Shown: positions 48,344 to 57,878, counted from the first letter of the stretch. The stretch: 64,000 nucleotides of DNA from Candidatus Cryptoclostridium obscurum (GCA_904420535.1 CAJFVQ010000009.1:7694-71693); one strand, 5' to 3'. The notes: generated by a model not told the origin, from the sequence alone. Numbers and translations: made by a program.

Positions 48344-49213
48344 TTACGGCAAGTCTGCAATGTGTTCAAAAAGGAAATCTATGAAATATTTACTTGCTAT
48401 TGGCATGGAATTTTTGTCTTTCATAATTAGACCGATTTTTCGGGTAAGAATTGGCTTTATCGGTAATATCGCAACTAGATAATTGGTTTTTCTTAAAACC
48501 AATTCCGGCAAAATACTAACGCCTAATCCTGACTCGATCATGGATAAAATAGAATAATCGTCATGAACGCAAAGCCTGACGTTTGGTTCCAGTCCGGCTT
48601 GTTTGAATGCTTCCAGTGGTTCGCTAAGTGCGCCTTCTTCCAAAAGCAAAAAAGGCTCCTTTGCGAGCTTGTCCAGTGTAATATATTTTGTTTCTGCTAA
48701 CGGGTGGTTTACAGGTAAGACAGCCCGTAATTCTCCTGTTTTAATAAATCTTGTTTTAACGCCGGGAATGGCGTCGGGATTTACAAAACCGAAATCGGCT
48801 TCTCCTGTCCGTACCCATTCTGGAATAGATGTATAATCTCCTTGATGAAGTACGAATTGCACATTTGGATAAACTTCTTGAAATTGTTTGATTAAACCGG
48901 GGAGCCAATGACAGGAAATACTTGATATCGTTCCTATGCGGATCGTTCCACTGTTCAGCCCTTTGATTTCCTTTGAAATTTCCAGCATAGCCTGATATCC
49001 GGCAACAGTTTTTTTAATGGAGGGAAAAAGCCGTTCCCCCTCTAACGTCAAGTGAATCCCATACCTGGAACGATAAAGCAGCTTAATCGACAATTCTCTT
49101 TCCAGGGAGGAAATCATCTGGCTTATTGCAGGCTGCGTATAACCTAATACATCGGCGGCTTTTGTAAAGCTGCCAAGTTCCACTATTTTTTGTAACGCAA
49201 TATACCTGTTCAT
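48344..49213 (-). CDS. LysR-family transcriptional regulator
   Basis: GSFTKAA..LGYTQPAISQMISSLE, LT.EG. Confidence 0.95.
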   Translation of the reverse strand: MNRYIALQKIVELGSFTKAADVLGYTQPAISQMISSLERELSIKLLYRSRYGIHLTLEGERLFPSIKKTVAGYQAMLEISKEIKGLNSGTIRIGTISSISCHWLPGLIKQFQEVYPNVQFVLHQGDYTSIPEWVRTGEADFGFVNPDAIPGVKTRFIKTGELRAVLPVNHPLAETKYITLDKLAKEPFLLLEEGALSEPLEAFKQAGLEPNVRLCVHDDYSILSMIESGLGVSILPELVLRKTNYLVAILPIKPILTRKIGLIMKDKNSMPIASKYFIDFLFEHIADLP

Positions 49214-49317
49214 TTTTTAAATAACCTTTCTGCATGTTTCTATCATAATTATTTATTTTACTTATTTTTGTTCATACGTATATACTGAAACAAGGGAAAA
49301 CTCAAGGAGATATCAAC

Positions 49318-49772
49318 ATATCTCATAAGAATGTAAAACGATAATATGGTTTGGGTAACGGGTAATTGCGTTTGAAAAGTCCAGTGCAACCGTTAAGGAA
49401 GCAGCAGAAGCAATCGGCTGTCAGTCTAAGCAAATTGCAAAACCATGTCCTTTTTTATAAATGAAAAGCCAGTATTGATTGTTACGGTTGGCGATGCGAA
49501 ATAGATAATAGAAAATATAAGAATACATTTCACCAGAAATCCAAAATGATACTCAGCGGGCAGGTGAAAAGTTGTATTAGATATGTTTGCCCTTTTTCCA
49601 TAAATCCTGATGTGGTTGTTTCTTTTGATGTTTTGCTCAAACGGTTTGGGCAAGTTTATCCGGCGAGTGGCAGCCAGCATAGCGCCATAACGTTATTTCT
49701 AAAAAAAATCGCGGAACACTCTGATGATGCCGGCTGGGTGAATGTTTGAAAATTTGGTTTTTGAATGATTAG
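49318..49772 (+). pseudogene. Degraded YbaK/EbsC aminoacyl-tRNA deacylase gene
   Basis: RBS AAGGAG with ATA in place of ATG; fragments SSATVKEAAEAIGCQSKQIAKTMSF...GDAK and VCPF...LKRFGQVYPASGS...WVNV*; several stops and frameshifts. Confidence 0.8.
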
Positions 49773-49778
49773 GAGGGA

Positions 49779-50582
49779 ATGAAAATGGAATTAAAGCAAC
49801 ATGTTGTTGGCGCATTTACGGACCGGGTATTCCAAGGAAACCCAGCGGCTGTTTGCGTTCTGTCAGAATGGCTTCCCGATAAACTCATGCAAAATATAGC
49901 GAAAGAAAATAATCTTTCAGAAACTGCATTTACTGTAAAAAAGGGGAGTGAGTATGAATTACGCTGGTTTACACCTGGTGGCGAAATCGACTTGTGCGGT
50001 CATGCCACTTTAGGTACAGCTTATGTTTTGCTGCGATTCTTTGAAACAGATTGTGACGAGCTTTCCTTTCAGACGAAAAGCGGTCGGCTTATTGTGAAAA
50101 ATGTGAACGATTTGTACGAGATGGATATGCCTGCCTATCCACTCACAGAGGTTCCGGTTACGGATGAAATGGAGCAGGCAATCGGTTTTCGTCCGTTGGA
50201 AGCATGGATGGGACGGGATTTAGTGTGTGTAATGGCAGATGAACACCAGGTTGTGCAGGCGGTTCCAGATGAAGAAAAACTGAAAAAATTAGATGGTCTT
50301 TTGCTACAGCTTACAGCCAAAAGTACTTCTTACGATTGTATTACCAGAAGTTTTGCTCCTAAGTTGAAGGTATCGGAAGATCCTGTATGTGGTTCCGGGC
50401 ATTGCCATGTGATTCCCTTGTGGGCAAAAAAGATGAAAAAAAGTCAATTAACCGCATTTCAGGCTTCCAAAAGAAGTGGTGTCCTTTACTGTCGCATGGA
50501 GAATGACAGAGTAACATTAGCTGGCAAGGCTGTTCTTTATTCAAAAGCACAAATTTATGTGCCCGAGGAAATTGAGGAATGA
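49779..50582 (+). CDS. PhzF-family epimerase/isomerase
   Basis: AFT...GNPAAV, NLSETAF, LRWFTPGGEIDLCGHATL, EDPVCGS. Confidence 0.93.
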   Translation: MKMELKQHVVGAFTDRVFQGNPAAVCVLSEWLPDKLMQNIAKENNLSETAFTVKKGSEYELRWFTPGGEIDLCGHATLGTAYVLLRFFETDCDELSFQTKSGRLIVKNVNDLYEMDMPAYPLTEVPVTDEMEQAIGFRPLEAWMGRDLVCVMADEHQVVQAVPDEEKLKKLDGLLLQLTAKSTSYDCITRSFAPKLKVSEDPVCGSGHCHVIPLWAKKMKKSQLTAFQASKRSGVLYCRMENDRVTLAGKAVLYSKAQIYVPEEIEE

Positions 50583-51120
50583 TCAGTAAAAGGCAGAATT
50601 ATTCATGGTGAGCGTTCCTTTAGCACGGGATCATCCTGCTTGCTAATGAGTCATAGTATCTGTTTTTTCATTTGATTGCTTTCAATAAGGAATTACGTTG
50701 ATTTATATAACAATACAGTCCTTTCCACATTTTCGTAAATTGAGTTGGAACACACTTGGGAAAGGTATTCTAATAAGAAGCATTTTATTTTTGATTTTTA
50801 CAGGAACATTCTTCTGCAACGGAATTTCTGACATCCGTAATCCCATTGCTTCCCTCTGTATGACCATTTGCGGGATGGAGGATTCTTTTGGGGCTCCTGT
50901 TTTCGGAGAAAAAAACTGCGTTGGAAATTTGTTCCATTATAATTGCTGCTGTAGGGATGTTAGGTAGTATCTGGATGGATATAGATTCCATTGGCGGCAT
51001 TTTGGCTGCTGCAGCGTCGAAGCAGTGCGTTCGGTTGTGACTGCCAGCTATGAAGAGACAGAATGGATCTGCTCATTTTAGCCTGCTGTTTATGCTCTGG
51101 CAGTGATTGCGTTTCACCGA
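50579..51120 (+). pseudogene. Degraded EamA/DMT transporter gene (boundaries approximate)
   Basis: Fragments in shifting frames: KAELFMVSVPLAR/GSSCLLM, FPHFRKLSWNTLGKGIL, SSATEFLTSVIP, LLFSEK...IIIAAVGMLG, DLLILACCL. Confidence 0.55.
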
Positions 51121-51248
51121 AAAAAAAAAGGGGAGATTAAATAGAGGCCATTGAAAGGTTGGGAATGATTGAAAAAAGATGGTAAAAATCCAAAAAAATG
51201 ATAAAGAATGCCGCCGAAGTTTCGGCGGCATTTTGCTTGATCGGAAAG

Positions 51249-51953
51249 TTATGATGGGTTTAAACGGTAACCTGCGCCCCAAACGGTCTCAATGATGCGG
51301 GGCCGGGCAGGGTTCTCCTCAATTTTCTCACGGATACGGCCAATATGGACCGTTACCGTAGCGCTGTCTCCGGTGTAATCATATCCCCAGATTTTTTCAA
51401 ACAGTTCCTCTTTGGAAAAAACAACATTGGGATGAGAAGCCAAAAAAAGCAATAGCTCAAATTCTCGATTGGGGAAGCGTATTTCTTTATGATTGCGAAA
51501 GACTTTCCAGCTTCGTGGCAGGATCTTTAAGTCGCTGACGTAAATGGTATCGTCATCGTCTTTGGGTTGGGGTTTTTGTTTGTTGGTCAATCTCTGATAA
51601 CGTTTGAGATGTGATTTAACTCTGGCAACTAATTCCGCAGGGTCAAAAGGTTTGGCGATATAGTCGTCAGCACCTAAACCCAGTCCTTTGATTTTATCGG
51701 CAGATTCCGTTCTCGCTGTCACCATTAAAATCGGGACGTCGATTTTTCCTCGGATTTCGCGGCAAATATCATAACCGCTGTAATTGGGGAGCATCAGATC
51801 CAGGAGGATCAGATCGTATTCGCCTCGCAGGATCGTGGAAACCACAATTGCTCCGTCAGAGACGATGTCGGCAGTATAGCCGCTGGCTTCCAGATAATCT
51901 TTTTCCAAGACTGCGATATCCTGATCATCTTCAACAATCAGTATTCGTTTCAT
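51249..51953 (-). CDS. OmpR-family response regulator
   Basis: ILIVEDD, LLDLMLP, GADDYIAKPF, TVTVHI..IREKIE, TVWGAGY. Confidence 0.96.
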   Translation of the reverse strand: MKRILIVEDDQDIAVLEKDYLEASGYTADIVSDGAIVVSTILRGEYDLILLDLMLPNYSGYDICREIRGKIDVPILMVTARTESADKIKGLGLGADDYIAKPFDPAELVARVKSHLKRYQRLTNKQKPQPKDDDDTIYVSDLKILPRSWKVFRNHKEIRFPNREFELLLFLASHPNVVFSKEELFEKIWGYDYTGDSATVTVHIGRIREKIEENPARPRIIETVWGAGYRLNPS

Positions 51954-53373
51954 ATAAATTCCCTCTTTCCCTCGGTAATAAAATTGTTATGGCCAAACCG
52001 TTTCGGTTGTCAGCGGAAACAGTTCCTCCATGGGCTTCTACAATATATTTTACAATATAAAGTCCCAAGCCGCTTCCTTCTCCATTTTTTGCGCTGCGGG
52101 CTTCGTCGCCCCTCCAAAATTGTTGAAATAAATAAGGTAAATGTTCTTGGGGAACACCATCACCATTGTCCTGAAAGACAATCTGTTCCATATCGCCTTG
52201 ATGACTTAATGTAATCAAGATTTCTGTCTGAGGGCGATTGCTATATTTTAAAGCATTTTCTACAAGATTTGTAAAAACGCGTCCCATTTGCTCTGTATCA
52301 ATGGATGCCTCATAGGTGCCTTCGTCGCATTGCAGTGATATGGTAGCACCTTTCTGCTCAAGGTCCTTTTGCATATCTTCGATTAAGGATTGAATAAAGT
52401 TGCTAAGTTCCTCTTTCTTTAAATATAGAGGCAGACTTCCTGTTTCCAGTTTGGAAAAATAAAAGAGCTTTTGCAGCAATACATCCATATAGCAAGCCTT
52501 TTGGTAGGCAATGGATAAGTATTGTTCTTCTTTTTCCGGAGTATTGGCAACGCCGTCACGGAGTCCTTTGATATACCCTTTAACAGAGGTAAGTGGCGTT
52601 CGCAAGTCATGGGAAATTCCTGCCACCAGATCGGTGCGAGCTTTTTCGTAAGCATTATTTCTTTCCCGCTCTTCGAGGATATGGCGCTGCATTCTATTGA
52701 AAGCAGTACATACTGCTGTAAACTCGTCTTTCCCGTTGTAGATAATTTCCTGACTGAGGTCTCCTTGTTCGATACGGTGAGCGCCGTCAGCCAGGGCATG
52801 CAACGGCTCGGTCATTTGTCGCGCCATACGGCGGAAAAATAATTGGCTGCAAAGGAAAATGACCAAGATTGCCATGGTTCCAATGAGCAGAAATACGATG
52901 AGAATGGATTGGAAATGAAATAACCGTTCCTTTTTGGGAAAATTGTTGATGGCAATCACTGTTTCTCCATCTTGAGTCACCATGCCAATGACACGATTTC
53001 CTTCGATGTTCATTGCTTGCGGTTCTGCCGTCCACTCTTCTGATAACATACGAGAAATGAGCTCAGTTTGCTCTTCTTCTAAAGAGGAATACACTGTATT
53101 CTCTCCGTCGGTTATCAGTAAATGATAGCCGTAAGGAGCGATTTGGTGATCGATTTCTTCCCAATTAATGTCGGTATTAATGTCGGTTTCTCCGGTGATG
53201 CGGTCAAAAATTTCTTTGGTGGTAAATATATTGGCATCGGGATGTGGGCGCTCCATGAAGGGGTCGTTCCGAGCAAAAAAATGAATGACAATGCCTCCTA
53301 CTGCCAATAAAATGATTAAGGAAACGAGGACGATCAAGGCATTGAAAAGCATCATTCGTTTTCTCAGTTTCAT
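51931..53373 (-). CDS. HAMP-domain sensor histidine kinase
   Basis: Two TMs, HAMP, SHDLRTPLT, NLVENALKY, DNGDG, GSGLGL. Confidence 0.96.
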   Translation of the reverse strand: MKLRKRMMLFNALIVLVSLIILLAVGGIVIHFFARNDPFMERPHPDANIFTTKEIFDRITGETDINTDINWEEIDHQIAPYGYHLLITDGENTVYSSLEEEQTELISRMLSEEWTAEPQAMNIEGNRVIGMVTQDGETVIAINNFPKKERLFHFQSILIVFLLIGTMAILVIFLCSQLFFRRMARQMTEPLHALADGAHRIEQGDLSQEIIYNGKDEFTAVCTAFNRMQRHILEERERNNAYEKARTDLVAGISHDLRTPLTSVKGYIKGLRDGVANTPEKEEQYLSIAYQKACYMDVLLQKLFYFSKLETGSLPLYLKKEELSNFIQSLIEDMQKDLEQKGATISLQCDEGTYEASIDTEQMGRVFTNLVENALKYSNRPQTEILITLSHQGDMEQIVFQDNGDGVPQEHLPYLFQQFWRGDEARSAKNGEGSGLGLYIVKYIVEAHGGTVSADNRNGLAITILLPRERGNLYETNTDC

Positions 53374-53653
53374 TGTCGTCCTCCTACGAGATTCAATTCA
53401 TCGTAACGTCGTGGGTGAAGGTTAATATCGATATGTACTAATATACCTTTTGTATATTATACCAATCAATTGTTTCCAATGTAAGACCGAAATCTAAATT
53501 TTTTCTAAATGATTTTGACAATAAAAAACCGTTTGCATCTATCAAAAGTAACGGCACAAACGGTTTTCTGGAAAATTAATTTATGAGAATCATTTTATAT
53601 GTAGGGTGCGGCGATGCCTGATTGCAGAAAAAGCTCAAGATGCTGTGGAGGAG

Positions 53654-54139
53654 TCAGTCCTCCATTCCAATGCTTTTCAACCATGAATCAATGGTGGAAG
53701 AGATGTTCTTTCCGCCACTGCCGCTGATAGCGATCCCTTTTACCATATTGCTGTCAGGACAAAGCTTTTTCATATCTCGTTTCAAATGGGCAAATCTGCC
53801 GCCGCCGTGAGTACAGAAAGGAACGATATTTTTGCCGTTCAGATTCGCTTCTGTCAGAAAGGAGGCGATCGGTGGCGCAATGGTGCTCCACCAATTGGGC
53901 GAACCGACAAAAACGGTATCGTAATCGGTAAGATCGGGAAGTTTTGTGGCCAATGCCGGATGATATCCTTGATTGATTTCCTTTTTTGCCTGTTCTACTA
54001 CGGTATGATAGTCTGTGGGATAGGCTACTTGGGGTTCAATTTTCAACAGATCACCCCGGGTTTTTTCCTGAATGCAATGGGCGATCTGTTCAGTATTGCC
54101 AGAGTGGGAATAATAAACGATCAAAGCGCGATGTTTCAT
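53654..54139 (-). CDS. Flavodoxin
   Basis: YYSHSGNT, GSPNWWST, PFCTHGGG. Confidence 0.9.
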   Translation of the reverse strand: MKHRALIVYYSHSGNTEQIAHCIQEKTRGDLLKIEPQVAYPTDYHTVVEQAKKEINQGYHPALATKLPDLTDYDTVFVGSPNWWSTIAPPIASFLTEANLNGKNIVPFCTHGGGRFAHLKRDMKKLCPDSNMVKGIAISGSGGKNISSTIDSWLKSIGMED

Positions 54140-54181
54140 ACGGTATCATATCCTTTCGTTCCATTTTTATTATAAAATCTC

Positions 54182-54724
54182 TTATGAAATGGTTTTCCCC
54201 ATTTTGTAAGCTTCTTTCATAGCTGGTGTTTTCTCAATATCGCCTTTCTGCCATGCTCCTACTCCGTAAATGATCCCTTTTTCCACGGCACCGTCAAGGC
54301 AGTCTTCGATGAAACCGCGGAATCCTTCAAGGGTTCGCTCCATATTGGCCTTTTCCGTATCCGCCGCCGTGACGATAAAATAGAAATCTTTATTGGTGAT
54401 TTCCGTATAGCGGGGAACGGTTCTGTCAATCAGCGTTTTCATTTGAGCGTCCATGGTGTAGAAATAAACCGGTGTCGCCATGACAATTACATCAGCCTGA
54501 ACCATTTGGTCGAGGATCTCTGCCATATCGTCTTTTTGCACGCATTTGTGGGTGGAATTGCAAACGCCGCATCCTTTACAATAATGGATCTCTTTTTCTC
54601 TAAGGTTCACTCTTTTTACATAATTGCCGGCTTCTTCTGCTCCTTTTTGAAATTCGTTGCAGAGGATTTCAGAGTTGCCGTTTTTTCGGGGTGTTCCAGA
54701 AAGTATTAATACATTTTTACTCAT
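54182..54724 (-). CDS. Iron-sulfur flavoprotein / NADPH-dependent FMN reductase family
   Basis: GTPRKNGNS, CKGCGVC...C..KDD, TPVYF, KTLIDR. Confidence 0.88.
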   Translation of the reverse strand: MSKNVLILSGTPRKNGNSEILCNEFQKGAEEAGNYVKRVNLREKEIHYCKGCGVCNSTHKCVQKDDMAEILDQMVQADVIVMATPVYFYTMDAQMKTLIDRTVPRYTEITNKDFYFIVTAADTEKANMERTLEGFRGFIEDCLDGAVEKGIIYGVGAWQKGDIEKTPAMKEAYKMGKTIS

Positions 54725-54737
54725 TGAGTGTCACTCC

Positions 54738-55160
54738 TTATTTTAATGAATCGTAAGCCTCATCGCTCACAGGTTCCAACCATTCGTTAGAAGCCCCTTC
54801 CGCCGGAACTTCAACGGCCAAATGTTGGAACCAGCTGTCCTTGGCGGCGCCATGCCAATGTTTGACTTCAGGCGGAATATTTACGATATCTCCGGTCCGA
54901 AGTTCTCTGGCGGGCTGTCCCCATTCTTGATAATATCCTCTGCCACCGGTTACCAAAAGGATCTGTCCGCCTTTGTGGTGGATATGCCAGTTGTTGCGGC
55001 AACCGGGAGCAAAAGTGACGTTGCCAATAGGAACTCTTTCCGTGGTTAACATATTTAAGTAACACTCTCCCGAAAAATATTGGGCAAAAGCAGTATTCTC
55101 TTGGCCGATGGAAAATATTGCTCCCGGCCCGAGATCTTTTTTCATCTGTTCTTGATTCAT
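54738..55160 (-). CDS. Cupin-domain protein
   Basis: VTFAPGCRNNWHIH, GGQILLVTGG.G, VKHWHGA. Confidence 0.9.
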   Translation of the reverse strand: MNQEQMKKDLGPGAIFSIGQENTAFAQYFSGECYLNMLTTERVPIGNVTFAPGCRNNWHIHHKGGQILLVTGGRGYYQEWGQPARELRTGDIVNIPPEVKHWHGAAKDSWFQHLAVEVPAEGASNEWLEPVSDEAYDSLK

Positions 55161-55194
55161 TATTATTTCCTCCGTATCTTTGATCTTTATTGAT

Positions 55195-55225
55195 ATGTTA
55201 ACACTTAAAGCGAACTTTAAGTCAA
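55195..55225 (-). promoter_or_regulatory. MerR-type promoter with AdhR-like operator
   Basis: Minus strand TTGACT, 19 bp, TAACAT; dyad ACTTAAAG-N4-CTTTAAGT at 55203-55222. Confidence 0.85.
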
Positions 55226-55384
55226 TAGGGGGATATGGATATATTATGAAAATTTAATGACGTTCATATGAATTTCCAATTATGCTTCAGATATTGATGT
55301 GGGAGAGACATCAATCGTAGTTGATGTTTTCTCGCCAATTCTGTATAATAATGAAAAGGAATGTTAATGTATAGGAGACGGTCT

Positions 55385-56089
55385 ATGGAGGAAGTGAACA
55401 AAACCGTATGGGTTCATTTTTTTGGAAAAAAATATCAAGTTCCCGCCAATTTTACCATTATGGGAGCCATGGAATGGGTGGGGTACCAATTAAGACACGG
55501 CTGTGGCTGTCGCGGTGGTAAGTGTGGCGCCTGTGCTTGCCTTTATCGCATCGACGGAAAAAAAGGACTTCACGGTTGTCTAGCCTGTCAGACCATGGTA
55601 CAAGAGGGAATGTTTGTGGTAATGCTGCCCTTTTTTCCGTTGTCTAGCCGTTCGGTGGATATTCGCAGAGGTGGCTCGATTCAGGAAATTATCTCTCAGC
55701 TTTATCCCGAAGTCTATCACTGCGTGGGTTGCAATGCCTGTTCCCGGGCTTGTACCCAGGAATTGAATCCTATGCACATGGTTGCCATGGTAAAGCAGGG
55801 ACGCTATTTAAAATGTGCCGAGGAGAGCTTAGAATGCGTCATGTGTGGAGTATGTGCTTCCCGTTGTCCTGCGGAAATCTCTCATCCCCAAGTTTTCCAG
55901 CTGGTAAAAAGACTAGCGGCAATGCGTCTCGTGCCTCCTTCCGACCATTTGGAGCAGGCTCGACGTGACGTGGAGTCCGGCAAATGGAACGAAGCCATGG
56001 ATGAGATCATGGCCAAATCTACCGAGGAATTGAAAGAATTGTATTGCCAACGGAATATGGCACGAAGGACGTCAGAAAGGCTGCGTTAA
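55385..56089 (+). CDS. Fe-S subunit (2Fe-2S plus two 4Fe-4S), SdhB/FrdB-like
   Basis: CRGGKCGAC...CLAC; CVGCNACSRAC; CVMCGVCASRC. Confidence 0.85.
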   Translation: MEEVNKTVWVHFFGKKYQVPANFTIMGAMEWVGYQLRHGCGCRGGKCGACACLYRIDGKKGLHGCLACQTMVQEGMFVVMLPFFPLSSRSVDIRRGGSIQEIISQLYPEVYHCVGCNACSRACTQELNPMHMVAMVKQGRYLKCAEESLECVMCGVCASRCPAEISHPQVFQLVKRLAAMRLVPPSDHLEQARRDVESGKWNEAMDEIMAKSTEELKELYCQRNMARRTSERLR

Positions 56090-57714
56090 TGTATTATACA
56101 AAAGAAATGATGGCTTCTGTCGCTAGAGTGGAAGCCCTGCGCGAAAAAAATCTTCATAGAGAACAAAAACGGATGGATGCCGATGAGATTAATCAATTGT
56201 TACGAGATTTTCATCCCGACGGATTACGGTTTGGTATGGACACCATCACTGTCGGCCCTAATCGCGGAGAAATTGCCCCAAAAGAATTGGTGCGGTTGCT
56301 TCACGCCAAAGGACGAGTACCTAGGGAAAAAATCGATCTGTCCCATGCCGATTTTATCACTGACGTACTGATTATCGGTGGCGGCGGTGCTGGTGCTGCC
56401 GCTGCCATTGAAGCTTCCCGCCTTGGAGCAAAAGTGCTTTTGGTAACCAAGTTGCGTTTGGGGGACTCCAATACCATCATGGCCGAAGGAGGCATTCAAG
56501 CGGCGGACAAGGAGGGGGATTCTCCAATTCTTCATTATCTTGATGTCATGGGTGGCGGTCATTTCTGCAATGATCCACAGTTGGTACGGAAGCTGGTGAT
56601 GGAAGGACCGGAGGCCATCGCATGGCTGTGTGATATGGGAGTCATGTTTGATAAAGAAGCAGATGGTACTATGGCGACAACCCACGGCGGCGGCACCTCC
56701 TGCCAACGGATGCATTCCGCCGCTGACTATACCGGCGCAGAGATCATGCATTCTCTCCGAGATGAAGTGCTGTTTCATGATATTGCTATTGAGGAATTTA
56801 CCGCTGCGATAGAAATATTAAAGGACGCAAAAGGACGTGCTGCCGGAGCCATCTTGATGGACATTGAGACAGAGGTTTGTAAAGTGGCTCAAGCCAAAAC
56901 AGTGATCCTTGCCACCGGAGGCTCCGGACGTCTGCATTTCCAAGGATTTCCCACTTCCAATCATTATGGCGCCACTGCCGACGGTCTTGTCATTGCTTAC
57001 CGCGCCGGAGTCTCTTTGGTCTTTCAAGATACTATGCAATATCATCCCACCGGCGTACTTTTTCCAGAACAGCTTTATGGCGCCCTTGTAACGGAAAAGG
57101 TGCGTTCTTTGGGAGCGAATATTCTCAACGCCGAGGGGGAACCTTTTGTTAACCCCCTGGAGACCAGAGATGTGGTCACCGCCGCCATCATCCGCGAATG
57201 TAAGGAACGGGGCAAGGGCGTTTGCACCCGTTTGGGCAGTGGCGTTTGGCTGGACTTTCCCATGATTGAAAAGAAGAGAGGAGCGGGTGCCATTGAAAAG
57301 TATTTGCCCGCGATGTTTCGAATGTTTCGTAAAAATAAAGTGGATATTCGCCAAGTACCGGTATTGGTCTATCCTACGCTCCATTATCAGAACGGAGGAT
57401 TGAAAATCGATACAAATTGCGCCACCGAAGTTGAAAATCTTTACGCTGCTGGGGAAACCACCGGCGGTATTCACGGTCGTAACCGTCTCATGGGGAATTC
57501 CCTGTTAGATATGATTGTCTACGGCCGCTGCGCGGGACAAGAAGCAGCCCGAAAGAGCAAAAAAGTTGATTTTTTGCCTTTGACTTTGGATCATCTTTTC
57601 AATTATGAACGCTCTTTGGAAGATACCGGCACTCTGGAACGGGATATCGTTTCCCCTATGCTTTTGCCCGATTACCGTTTTGGCAGGAGCGGCGTATCGG
57701 AGTCGGAAAAGTGA
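56089..57714 (+). CDS. Fumarate reductase/succinate dehydrogenase/L-aspartate oxidase family flavoprotein
   Basis: TAATG overlap with the Fe-S gene; GGGGAG, SNTIMAEGG, LATGG, QYHPT, RD, HYQNGG, HGRNRLMGNSL. Confidence 0.88.
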   Translation: MYYTKEMMASVARVEALREKNLHREQKRMDADEINQLLRDFHPDGLRFGMDTITVGPNRGEIAPKELVRLLHAKGRVPREKIDLSHADFITDVLIIGGGGAGAAAAIEASRLGAKVLLVTKLRLGDSNTIMAEGGIQAADKEGDSPILHYLDVMGGGHFCNDPQLVRKLVMEGPEAIAWLCDMGVMFDKEADGTMATTHGGGTSCQRMHSAADYTGAEIMHSLRDEVLFHDIAIEEFTAAIEILKDAKGRAAGAILMDIETEVCKVAQAKTVILATGGSGRLHFQGFPTSNHYGATADGLVIAYRAGVSLVFQDTMQYHPTGVLFPEQLYGALVTEKVRSLGANILNAEGEPFVNPLETRDVVTAAIIRECKERGKGVCTRLGSGVWLDFPMIEKKRGAGAIEKYLPAMFRMFRKNKVDIRQVPVLVYPTLHYQNGGLKIDTNCATEVENLYAAGETTGGIHGRNRLMGNSLLDMIVYGRCAGQEAARKSKKVDFLPLTLDHLFNYERSLEDTGTLERDIVSPMLLPDYRFGRSGVSESEK

Positions 57715-57751
57715 CGGGAAAAGCATGCTGCCTGCTTTCTTTGAAAAATTC

Positions 57752-57780
57752 TTGACAGAAAGAATTTACAAGATTATAAT
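57752..57780 (+). promoter_or_regulatory. Consensus sigma-A promoter of the thi operon
   Basis: TTGACA, 17 bp, TATAAT (perfect). Confidence 0.9.
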
Positions 57781-57786
57781 AGAATA

Positions 57787-57852
57787 AGAGTATGATGCAG
57801 TCATGCGAAGGGGTACACCACCGCGGGTGTAATTCTTTGCGTGGCTTTTTTT
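57787..57852 (+). ncRNA. Probable HMP-PP riboswitch (thiS motif, terminator-embedded aptamer)
   Basis: Short leader that is almost entirely a G-U-rich long terminator, AGTCATGCGAAGGGGTACACC/GGTGTAATTCTTTGCGTGGCT plus T run, directly before thiS; no TPP aptamer present. Confidence 0.7.
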
Positions 57853-57878
57853 GTACCGGCACCGGGAGGTGATTGATT

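Noticed and set aside
49748..49750. TGA at a Cys-equivalent position (VNV*K) as possible selenocysteine
   Set aside because: It lies in a pseudogene with a lost start codon and several other lesions; no SECIS-like hairpin is evident
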